64,000 bases of DNA from Candidatus Dormibacterales bacterium (GTDB lineage: Bacteria; Chloroflexota; Dormibacteria; Dormibacterales; Dormibacteraceae): positions 5,815 through 69,814 of the forward strand of contig JBIOJB010000001.1 of the NCBI GenBank assembly GCA_044450465.1, in the 5' to 3' direction. The position numbers and the translations under genes were made by a program. Below are positions 9,317 through 18,194 of this stretch, piece after piece (the stretch's first letter is position 1; every line of letters begins with the position of its first letter). The notes under the pieces were generated by a model, which saw only the letters and a program-made list of their open reading frames with translations, had not been told where the DNA came from and searched no databases.

Positions 9317-10448
9317 TTCCGGCCTGCGTCGCGGCTTCCTCCCGCGCTTCCTCGTAGACCTCGACGATCTCCGACGCGACCCGGTCCCAGGAGTACCGAT
9401 TGGCCCGCTCGTGTGCCTTCGCGCCGAGGCGCCGCCTCAATTCGGCATCCCTGGCGAGGATGACCAGCGCGGACCCAAGCTCGCGCCAGCGCTTGGGTTG
9501 CACGGCGATGCTGTCGCTTCCAGGCTCGAGCACGGACATGTAGCCCGGGACCTCGGTGGCCACCACTGGCAGCCCCGAGGCCATGGCCTCCAGCAGAACG
9601 ATCCCAAAGCTCTCCGCACCCGTGGCGGGGGCGCAGAAGATGTCTGCGCTCGCGAAATAGCGAGGCTTGACGGACTCAGGAACGAAACCGGCGAGCACAA
9701 CATTGCGCACTCGGTGCCTTCCGATCCAGTTCTCGACGTTGCTGCGAAGCGGGCCGTGGCCGACGATGATCAGCCGTGTGCGGGGCTCGCGTTCCTGCAG
9801 GTATCGAAAGGCCCGCAGGAGGTCGCCGAGTCCTTTGCGCTTCTCCAACCGGCCGACGAAAAGGATGTTGACGAACTCGTCTCGAAGGTGACGGATGGGC
9901 GACAGGCCAGGTTTGTAGACATCGAGATCGATGCCGTTGGGTACTACTCGGATCGGGAACTTGGGGAAGTAGCGGCTCACGAATGCGCGGGCAGGCTCGC
10001 TCACGGCGACCGCACGGTGGAGGCGCCTGAAGTAGGGCTTGAGGAGCGAGCGGCCGTAGTAGTAGCCGAGATTGGAGCGTGCGAAAGCGTGGAAGGTGCC
10101 AACGTTGGCGGCGGTCGACATGCGCAGGAGCGTCATGGGCAGCGCGGGCATGAGCGGTTCGTGGAAGTGAAGGACGTCGAAGTGCTCGCTGCCGATGATC
10201 CCCCTCACATGGTTGCTCAGGTGAAAGCTCAGTCCGATGCGCGCGACCGAGTCGTTCACCGGCACCGCGATGGGCCGGCCAATCCGGTAGAAACGGGCGG
10301 CGTCAAACTCGAGGTCCTTCTTGCTCGACGGCGCGAAGATGCGAGTGTCGTGGCCTAGGCGCTGCAGCTGGACGGCGAGGTGCCGCACGTGGTCATTCAC
10401 GCCGCCCGGCGAGGCGAAGTCATACGGCGACACCAGCCCGACCCTCAT
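9279..10448 (-). CDS. pimA: GT4 phosphatidylinositol alpha-mannosyltransferase-like glycosyltransferase
   Basis: Start re-set to ATG 10448 (MRVGLVSPYDFASPGGVNDHVRHLA), which closely resembles the mycobacterial PimA N-terminus. The ORF-track 512-aa version carries a 123-aa Arg/Ser-rich artefactual extension. Confidence 0.85.
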   Translation of the reverse strand: MRVGLVSPYDFASPGGVNDHVRHLAVQLQRLGHDTRIFAPSSKKDLEFDAARFYRIGRPIAVPVNDSVARIGLSFHLSNHVRGIIGSEHFDVLHFHEPLMPALPMTLLRMSTAANVGTFHAFARSNLGYYYGRSLLKPYFRRLHRAVAVSEPARAFVSRYFPKFPIRVVPNGIDLDVYKPGLSPIRHLRDEFVNILFVGRLEKRKGLGDLLRAFRYLQEREPRTRLIIVGHGPLRSNVENWIGRHRVRNVVLAGFVPESVKPRYFASADIFCAPATGAESFGIVLLEAMASGLPVVATEVPGYMSVLEPGSDSIAVQPKRWRELGSALVILARDAELRRRLGAKAHERANRYSWDRVASEIVEVYEEAREEAATQAGNARGVRNVHNAV

Positions 10449-10594
10449 AGGCGTGGGGGGCCCGACACCCTGCGTCGCGGGTAGGCCGGATTCATTCCGG
10501 CCGTCACCCCGGCGTGAACCCTCCAACCGCCTCCCATTCGCGGCCAGGAGAGGGGGGTTCCGTGGGGGGATCCTGATACCCCCGCGCCCGTCAC
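10445..10594 (-). repeat. Palindromic junction element copy A: 50-codon bridging mini-ORF between the acyltransferase and pimA
   Basis: GTG 10594-10592 overlaps the upstream TGA. TGA 10447-10445 overlaps the pimA ATG. Hairpins lie at 10564-10583 (GGGGGGATC/GATACCCCC) and 10484-10502 (GGCCGGA/TCCGGCC). The core is homologous to 56788-56826. Confidence 0.8.
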
Positions 10595-11457
10595 TTTGAG
10601 CCAGGCCAGACCCGGTGCGGCACGTGCCACTGCTCCGGGTGCTGTGAGATGAACCGCTCGATGTGCCCGAGGAGCTCCTGGGTGGTGCGCACCTGGTCGG
10701 CCTTCGAATCGCCCGTCGACTTGGGGATGACAAGCGGCGCGCCCTCGGCCAGGTATGTGTCGTCCGGCATCCTGTAAACGCAGACGGGAAAGAGGGGCGC
10801 TCCAGTGCGCAACGCAATGGCCGCGGGCCCCAGAGGAATGGGCGCCAGCTTTCCGAAAAAAGGCATCAGGTGACCGGTGCCGGTGATATCCCGATCGATC
10901 GCCGTAATAACAATCTCGTCGTCGCGAAGAGCCTGGAGCACCTTGCGGATACCGCCGTGGTCCAAGGTCAGGACGCTGATCCCAAGCCTGGCCCTGGTAT
11001 CGCGATACCACTCGAAAAGAGGTCTCGGCTCCACCTCCTCGGCAAAGACGCTGACCGGCGCCTGCGTCGCCGCCCAGATCGCCGCCGCCACCTCGTAGGA
11101 GCCCATGTGGCACGTCACGGCCATGACTCCCCTGTGCATCGCCTGCCCTTCGGCGAGGTACTCGAGGCCCTTCACCTTGAGAAGCGGCCTCATCTGTTCC
11201 ACGCGCATGCGCGGGAGGAGCATCAGGTCCGCATAGGCCTTGGCGTGGTTGTGAAAGTTGATCCAGGCCACGTGACGAAGAGAACGGTCGTCGAGGTCCG
11301 GCCGTGCCACCCTCAGGTTGAACTCCAGGCGTGGTCGAGCCAGCGGCGAGAACCAGTACGCGAGCCGCGCGGCCACCAGCGCTAGCGCGTAGGCCCAACT
11401 TCGAGGCAGCCTCACGGTTAGCGATTGAATCGCGGCGAACGCGCGCCAACGCCACAT
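10591..11457 (-). CDS. LpxL/HtrB-family lipid acyltransferase (PatA-like), copy 1
   Basis: Lauroyl-acyltransferase-family layout with HMGSYE (HxxxxE variant of the HxxxxD catalytic motif). Located in the PIM-type cluster. Confidence 0.75.
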   Translation of the reverse strand: MWRWRAFAAIQSLTVRLPRSWAYALALVAARLAYWFSPLARPRLEFNLRVARPDLDDRSLRHVAWINFHNHAKAYADLMLLPRMRVEQMRPLLKVKGLEYLAEGQAMHRGVMAVTCHMGSYEVAAAIWAATQAPVSVFAEEVEPRPLFEWYRDTRARLGISVLTLDHGGIRKVLQALRDDEIVITAIDRDITGTGHLMPFFGKLAPIPLGPAAIALRTGAPLFPVCVYRMPDDTYLAEGAPLVIPKSTGDSKADQVRTTQELLGHIERFISQHPEQWHVPHRVWPGSK

Positions 11458-12321
11458 TCAGATGACGCGCCACTCTAGCCACCCAGTCACCTTTGCTCAA
11501 CTTTGAACATGGGTCTGAAGGCGTACCACTGGTTGGGCCGCTCCCGAATGTAGCCCTCGAAGCGATGGACCACCTGCTGCATCAAGGTCTCCTTCGTATG
11601 GCCCTCGAGGGAAAGGCCTGGATCCACGTGGATGTGGTGGCGGCCAAAGGCCGGCGAGTACTGCCCGACGGTCAACAGCGCGGCCCCAGTCTTCAAGGCC
11701 AACGCCGCCGGACCCGATGGAACCACTGCGCGGCGGCCGAAAAAGTCGACCTCGACACCAGGCCCGTGCTCGAGGTCGCAGACCAGCGCGACGACTCGGT
11801 TCGCTCGCAGCGCGTCGGTGAGCGTCCGGACCGTCGAACGCCCTATGAAGATCACCTCGACCCCAATTCGCTGGCGCGTTCGCACCACGGCTTCGTTCAA
11901 TCCTGGAGGAAAGCGATCCGCCACGGCGACCACGTCGTAGCCCAGAGCCGCCGCGTACAAACCCGACGTGTCCCACGAGCCCATGTGCGGAAGGGCGGCG
12001 ATGACTCCACGACCGCGGGCAAGCGCCGCATCAACATGCTCCCGGCCCTCCACCGTGGCGCGCTGGAGGACCTCCTCTTTCGTGAGGTCACCAATCAGGA
12101 GAAACTCCATGAGCATCCGGCCATAGTTCTGGAAAGCCTGCCTCGCCACCCGGTGGACGGCGGGATCGCCGGGCTCCCGGCCCATGGCGGCGGCGTAGTT
12201 GTCCAGCGCATTCCTGCGCTGGGCACGGCTGAGCCAGAACCAGGCCGTGCCCCCGGGCGAGGCCGCGGCGTGGCTAAGGCGCGTCGGGAGGAACCGAAGC
12301 GCTCGGGCGCCCCCGAAGTAG

Positions 12322-13487
<1,166 letters not shown>

Positions 13488-13491
<4 letters not shown>

Positions 13492-13811
13492 GCCCCAATC
13501 TCCTCGCGAACTTTCACGCGTCCAGTAATTCCCAGCATCTGATCGAGCCGCTCGCGCTCGCGCGCGATGTTTTCGACGTCGAGCGAGCAGTAGACCTGCC
13601 GCCCCTCCCGTCTCGTCTTGATCACGCCCCCAACGCGGAGCATCCGGAGGTGCCACGAGATCCGAGGCTGGCTCATGCGCAGGTGCGCCGCCAGGTCGTT
13701 CACGTTCACCTCACCCATCTTCCCCAGCCGCTCCAGGATGCGTAGACGCGTGGGGTTGGCGAGGGCCAGGTAGTGGTCCGGAAGCTCATGTCGCGGGTTC
13801 TGCAGAAACAT
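13488..13811 (-). CDS. ArsR/SmtB-family transcriptional regulator
   Basis: Winged-HTH signature [12 protein letters not shown]...[22 protein letters not shown]. 107 aa. Translationally coupled to ino1. Confidence 0.85.
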
Positions 13812-13826
13812 AAAGCTTGCTTTATG
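13809..13826. promoter_or_regulatory. Candidate ArsR-family operator (8-2-8 inverted repeat) over the arsR start codon
   Basis: CATAAAGC-TT-GCTTTATG has perfect arms in the AT-rich divergent spacer. The half-site CATAAAG recurs at 13838-13844. Confidence 0.4.
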
Positions 13827-13854
13827 GAAGTCTAATGCATAAAGGGTCCGTTAT

Positions 13855-15375
13855 GTGTATGCGCGACGAAAAGTAGCCGTCATGATTCACCGGATGCCGC
13901 GCCGGCTAGTGCTGAAGCTGATGCTCGGAATGACGAGCGGCCTGATCGCCGCCGGATTCTCCGTGACCTCGGCTTTCAGCGCAAACGGACTGACGTTGAC
14001 TCTGAATCCGACGCATGGCCTGGCCGGTGCGACGGTGACGGCGACCGCGACCTACGCGCCGCCCCCGACCGCAGGATGCCCGGTCGGCACATTTGTCCGG
14101 TTTACGTGGGGATCGCCCGCCAAGGCGCTACCGGATGGGAAATTCGACGCATCGTGTAAAGCAACCATCAGCTTCCCGCCGCCAGATACGGCCACCGGTT
14201 CCTACCCCGTGACCGCGACTTGGACGCAAGCCCCCACCGTCACGGATACGCAGAACTACACGATCGATCCACCACCGCCGCCGAGCCCGTCACCAAAACC
14301 CGTTCCCACTCCGACTCCTACCCCGTCTCCGAGCCCGATCCCGACGCCGTCACCCACATGCAGCACCGAGGGCCCCGCGCACGGCTGCGTGCCGGTCAAC
14401 TGCGCCCACCTGACGGCAGCCGTCCTTCCGCTCGGGGGCGGTGGCGGCGTGCCGCCGGTCTTGCTGCTGATCGTCGTGGTTCCAGTTGGAGCGCTGGCGT
14501 GGCGCCACCGGCGGCTTGCCAAACTGGCCGGCCCGATGCTGCTTCTGATGGTGGCGACGAGCTGCACGCTCCACACCTCGTCCGCTGCACCGACCCCGTC
14601 GACAGCACCCGCGGCTGCGCACTCCATCGTCGGTTTCGAGTCGACACCAGACTGCCGCGGCTACTGGATGGTCTCGAACTACGGTGGCATCTTCCCCTTC
14701 GGCAGCGCCACGGGCCATGGCAGCATGGGCGCGACAAAGCTCAACAAGCCGGTCGTGGGCATGGAGTCGACCCCCGACGGTGGCGGCTACTGGCTCGTGG
14801 CCAGTGACGGAAGCATCTTCCCATTCGGCGACGCTAGTGGCTTTGGCAGCACCGGAGCGATCGGGCTCACCAAGCCCATTGTGGCCATGGAGGACACGCC
14901 GGACGGCGGCGGTTACTGGCTGGTCGTCGCCGACGGTGGCGTGTTCCCATTCGGAGACGCCGGCGGGTACGGGAGCACGGGCGCCATCAAGTTGAACCAG
15001 CCCATCGTGGACATCGAGGCGACCCCGGACGGCCACGGTTACTGGCTCGTCGCGGCGGATGGCGGGATCTTCCCGTTCGGTGACGCCCTCGGCTTCGGCA
15101 GCACCGGAGGAATTCACCTCAGCAAACCCATAGTGGACATGGAGTCGACTCCCGACGGCGGCGGCTACTGGCTCGTCGGCGCGGACGGCGGAATTTACCC
15201 CTTCGGCGACGCCCTGGGTTATGGCAGCACAGGTGCTGTTTCCTTGAGCAGCCCGATCGTGGGCATGGAGGACACTCCGGACGGGCACGGCTACTGGCTC
15301 TTCGCCGCTGATGGCAGCATCCACCCGTTCGGCGATGCCCCTGGCTACGGATCTCTAGGCGGAGTGCCCTTCTAA
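13855..15375 (+). CDS. Surface protein: signal peptide, Ig-like domain, Pro/Thr/Ser linker, two hydrophobic segments, six GYWL/FPFGD repeats
   Basis: Signal-like MPRRLVLKLMLGMTSGLIAAGFSVTSAFSA (alternative ATG starts at 13882 and 13894). PTPSPS linker. Six ~40-aa repeats (TPDGGGYWLVxxDGGIFPFGDAxGxGS) cover residues 258-506. Confidence 0.7.
   Translation: MYARRKVAVMIHRMPRRLVLKLMLGMTSGLIAAGFSVTSAFSANGLTLTLNPTHGLAGATVTATATYAPPPTAGCPVGTFVRFTWGSPAKALPDGKFDASCKATISFPPPDTATGSYPVTATWTQAPTVTDTQNYTIDPPPPPSPSPKPVPTPTPTPSPSPIPTPSPTCSTEGPAHGCVPVNCAHLTAAVLPLGGGGGVPPVLLLIVVVPVGALAWRHRRLAKLAGPMLLLMVATSCTLHTSSAAPTPSTAPAAAHSIVGFESTPDCRGYWMVSNYGGIFPFGSATGHGSMGATKLNKPVVGMESTPDGGGYWLVASDGSIFPFGDASGFGSTGAIGLTKPIVAMEDTPDGGGYWLVVADGGVFPFGDAGGYGSTGAIKLNQPIVDIEATPDGHGYWLVAADGGIFPFGDALGFGSTGGIHLSKPIVDMESTPDGGGYWLVGADGGIYPFGDALGYGSTGAVSLSSPIVGMEDTPDGHGYWLFAADGSIHPFGDAPGYGSLGGVPF
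14626..15372 (+). repeat. Six tandem ~120-nt coding repeats (40-aa GYWL/FPFGD units)
   Basis: The units start IVGFESTPDCRGYW, VVGMESTPDGGGYW, IVAMEDTPDGGGYW, IVDIEATPDGHGYW, IVDMESTPDGGGYW and IVGMEDTPDGHGYW. They are in frame within the 13855..15375 CDS. Confidence 0.85.
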
Positions 15376-15511
15376 ACCTCACCTCCCAACTTTGTGGGGA
15401 GGGCTTGTTCACCCAGGCAAATTGATCTGGCTGGGGTAGTGGCCGAACGTCGCGTCATGCCCCGGCGGCGTCGAGCTATCGACATCCAGCTATCACAATC
15501 ACTCGGGTCAG

Positions 15512-15961
15512 ATGGTATTCAGCGTTCGGGAGCTATCTCCGATTGAGACTCACGATCTGCGGAGACGCGTCTCTGCTGCTGGTCGGATTAGTCTGCCGAG
15601 CTGGAATCATGAGCTAGACGAAGCTCTGGGGTCTTGGCACCTGGGAGCAGTTGATTCACAGGGCACAGTGGTCGCAATAGCCACTTTCTTCCAGCTGCCA
15701 TTTCCCTCCCAGCCCGAAGTTGCTGGCGCGTACCGCCTGCAGTTCATGGCCGTAGAACCATTGCTCCAGAGAAGTGGCTTAGGGACGCTGGTGCTGACCG
15801 AGGGAGTTCGGCGTCTCCAATCGGCAGGGGTGCCTCTTTTGTGGGCGACAGCCAGACTAGAGGCCATCCCTTTCTATCAGCGCTTTGGCTTCGCAGTCTT
15901 CCCGGCGCTTGAGTCGGAGGTCACTGACCAAGCGACAATCCTGCTCGACCTCAGAGCCTGA
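15512..15961 (+). CDS. GNAT-family N-acetyltransferase
   Basis: Motif A-like QRSGLGTLVLTEGVRRL and C-terminal FYQRFGF. GC content and third-position GC are visibly lower than in neighbouring genes. Confidence 0.75.
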   Translation: MVFSVRELSPIETHDLRRRVSAAGRISLPSWNHELDEALGSWHLGAVDSQGTVVAIATFFQLPFPSQPEVAGAYRLQFMAVEPLLQRSGLGTLVLTEGVRRLQSAGVPLLWATARLEAIPFYQRFGFAVFPALESEVTDQATILLDLRA

Positions 15962-16063
15962 CCCGCGCCAGACCTCGGCTGCACTCCCTATGTGAGAGGG
16001 CATGCGTGACGTTTGACGTGAGGGTTCGGTGCACGTACCGATCGGCGACCGCTCGAGGCGGGT

Positions 16064-16648
16064 CTAGGTGCGGCGGACCAGGTCCAGGAACTCGGCCCGC
16101 GTGCGGGGGTCGCGGCGAAAGGTGCCGAGCATGCAGGACGTGATGAGCTGGCCGCCCGTTTTCTGCACGCCCCGCATTTCCATGCACAGATGCCTTGCCT
16201 CGACGACGACTCCGACGCCCTTGGGTTCCAGGGCGGCGGCGAGCGCTTCCGCGAACTCCTTGGTCATGCGCTCCTGCAGCTGCAGTCGGTGCGCAAAGAC
16301 GTCAACCAGTCGCGGGATCTTGCTCAACCCGACGACCTTGCCCTTGGGCAGATACCCGACGTGGAAGTGGCCGAAGAAGGGCAGCAGGTGGTGCTCGCAC
16401 AGGCTGAAGAACGGGATGTCCTTGACCACGACCATCTCGTCGTAGTCCTGGTCGAACACTGCACCCGCGATCACGTCTTCGGGGGTCACGCCGTAGCCGT
16501 CCGTCAGCTCGCGCAAGGCCCGCGCCATCCGGTCAGGCGTCGCCTTGAGACCCTGGCGCCCAGGGTCCTCACCCAGAGCGACCAGCATCGCCTCGACCAA
16601 GCCAGGCATCGGGTCCTTGCCCGTCAACCTCTGCTTCGCCATGGCCAT
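16064..16648 (-). CDS. folE: GTP cyclohydrolase I
   Basis: The stretch FFSLCEHHLLPFFGHFHVGYLPKGKVVGLSKIPRLVDVFAHRLQLQERMT is the conserved FolE core. Confidence 0.92.
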   Translation of the reverse strand: MAMAKQRLTGKDPMPGLVEAMLVALGEDPGRQGLKATPDRMARALRELTDGYGVTPEDVIAGAVFDQDYDEMVVVKDIPFFSLCEHHLLPFFGHFHVGYLPKGKVVGLSKIPRLVDVFAHRLQLQERMTKEFAEALAAALEPKGVGVVVEARHLCMEMRGVQKTGGQLITSCMLGTFRRDPRTRAEFLDLVRRT

Positions 16649-16669
16649 GCATGGTCACACAATTGACGC

Positions 16670-17725
16670 GTGGATGCGATTGGAGCCTCCCAGGTCCTCT
16701 CCGAGATCGGCTACCTGCTCCGGCAAGACCCCAAAGAGGTGTTCCGGGCCAAAGCCTTCGCCGCGGCGTCATGGTCGCTCGCCCTCGACCGGCCGGACCT
16801 CGAGGGGCTTTACCGAAAGGACCAGCTCACGTCGATCGAAGGCGTCGGAGAAGGCATAGCCAAGGTGCTTCGTGACCTGCTCGATACGGGCGCCAGCCGG
16901 TACCTGAACCGCCTGCGGGAGCAGATGGGCCAGCCGGCTCGGGACGACGAGTCGCTGCTGAACCTGAGCGAGTACCAGGGAGACGTTCACTCGCACACGA
17001 ACTGGAGCGACGGTAGGGCGACGATGCTCGAGATGGCCATGGCGGCGAAGGCGCTCGGCTACAAGTACCTCGGGATCACGGACCACTCACCTCGCATCAA
17101 GGTGGTCCACGGACTGGACGCCGAGAGGCTCGTCGCCCAATCGCAGGAGATGGCCGGCGTCCAGCAACAGGTCGGCGATGTCATCCTCATGCAGGGCATC
17201 GAGGTCGACATCCTCGAGGACGGCTCACTGGACCTGCCGGACGCGGTGCTAGAGATCCTGGACGTGGTCATCGCCTCGCCACACGTGAAGCTCCGGCAGG
17301 ACCATGACGCCATGACCGAGCGCATGCTGCGGGCCGTCTCAAATCCCCACGTGGACGTGATCGGCCATCCGACCGGCAGGCGTCCCGGCTCTCGAGAGGG
17401 CGCGTCCTACGACTTCGAAGCCGTGTTCACGGCGGCGGCGCAACACCATGTCGCGCTGGAGATCGACTGCGACCCAGCTCGAATGGATCTGTCCCCCGAG
17501 CCCGCCCGCCTCGCATTCGAGTGTGGTTGCAGCTTCACGATCGATGCCGACGCCCACGCGCCGGCCGAGTTTGCCTACGTGCCGATGGCGATGTGGATGG
17601 CGCGCCGCGCCGGGATTCCAAAAGAGCGCATCCTCAACTTTTTGCCCGCGGCCGGTCTGACCCACGCCTTGACGCGAGGTGGTGCTGAAGCCCGACCTCG
17701 TACGCCTCGGCGAGCCAGGCGCTGA
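16670..17725 (+). CDS. PHP-domain phosphoesterase with PolX-type helix-hairpin-helix N-terminus (polymerase core absent)
   Basis: GTG start. Residues 1-95 resemble the PolX 8-kDa/HhH region (IEGVGEGIAKVLRDLLDTG). The PHP motif GDVHSHTNWSDG follows from about residue 104. No nucleotidyltransferase palm lies between them. Confidence 0.75.
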   Translation: MDAIGASQVLSEIGYLLRQDPKEVFRAKAFAAASWSLALDRPDLEGLYRKDQLTSIEGVGEGIAKVLRDLLDTGASRYLNRLREQMGQPARDDESLLNLSEYQGDVHSHTNWSDGRATMLEMAMAAKALGYKYLGITDHSPRIKVVHGLDAERLVAQSQEMAGVQQQVGDVILMQGIEVDILEDGSLDLPDAVLEILDVVIASPHVKLRQDHDAMTERMLRAVSNPHVDVIGHPTGRRPGSREGASYDFEAVFTAAAQHHVALEIDCDPARMDLSPEPARLAFECGCSFTIDADAHAPAEFAYVPMAMWMARRAGIPKERILNFLPAAGLTHALTRGGAEARPRTPRRARR

Positions 17726-18098
17726 CCTCGCGGTCCACTTGGGACGGATCGTTCAGCCGGAAGACGTGGACCTGGTTTCCTGGCGATACCCGGTCTATGC
17801 GCCGAAAGCGCGGACTCTCCAAACGGCGGGCCAAGACGACGTGCCCATCGATCCAACGTCGCCTCAACGTGAAGGCGGCAAAGCTCATGCGCACCTGGAA
17901 GGCGATCCTCGTCTTCTCCGGCACCACGGTAACGGGACCACTCTGTCGAGCAGCCTCAAGAAGCCGTTCGAAGGTCGCCACCACGTGCGGCTCGCGACCG
18001 ACGAAATGGTCGTCGATGGAGACGCGGCTGCAGAAATGAGACTGGTTGCGGTTCGCAAACATGCGCCCGCAGGTGGGGCACGTCCACATCGGCCGCAT
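17634..18098 (-). CDS. DUF5655-like protein with N-terminal CxxC zinc motif
   Basis: Start re-set to ATG 18098 (MRPMWTCPTCGRMF). The C-terminal part resembles the DUF5655 family pattern (from memory). The 3' end overlaps the convergent PHP gene by 92 nt. Confidence 0.55.
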   Translation of the reverse strand: MRPMWTCPTCGRMFANRNQSHFCSRVSIDDHFVGREPHVVATFERLLEAARQSGPVTVVPEKTRIAFQVRMSFAAFTLRRRWIDGHVVLARRLESPRFRRIDRVSPGNQVHVFRLNDPSQVDREVSAWLAEAYEVGLQHHLASRRGSDRPRAKS

Positions 18099-18194
18099 CG
18101 TGGGCAGGTTACCGCATGGCCGCCGAGGGTCAAAACCCGGTTTCGTGCCGTTTCGCGTCACGAAATCGGAGCACTCCTCTAGGATCGGCCTGCG

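Noticed and set aside
10449-10817. N-terminal extensions of ORF-track entries: pimA to 10817, ino1 to 13656, pyrD to 42870, purM to 55539, the sigma factor to 33633, the ACAD from 22401 and the serine hydrolase from 50332.
   Set aside because: The extensions are Arg/Ser/Pro-rich and overlap upstream genes. The conserved family N-termini begin at internal starts, which also create classic ATGA/GTGA/TTGA overlaps with the upstream stop.
10445-11500. 351-aa minus-strand ORF spanning the acyltransferase gene in another frame.
   Set aside because: It is a shadow frame. Only its last 49 codons (10445-10594) are meaningful, as the junction mini-ORF reported separately.
14430-14520. The LPLGG-hydrophobic-RHRR segment as a genuine sortase sorting signal.
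   Set aside because: It is internal to a continuous ORF and lacks the canonical LPxTG Thr. I treat it only as a resemblance supporting a gene-fusion hypothesis.
14626-15372. Regular ~120-nt tandem repeats that could superficially suggest a repeat array.
   Set aside because: They are in-frame coding repeats of one protein (40-aa units with conserved residues and synonymous variation). There is no spacer/repeat alternation, so this is not a CRISPR array.
15382-15402. Possible intrinsic terminator after the repeat-protein gene (CCTCCC-9 nt-GGGAGG followed by GCTTGTTC).
   Set aside because: The stem is only 6 bp with a 9-nt loop and a weak T-tract, which is too marginal to annotate.
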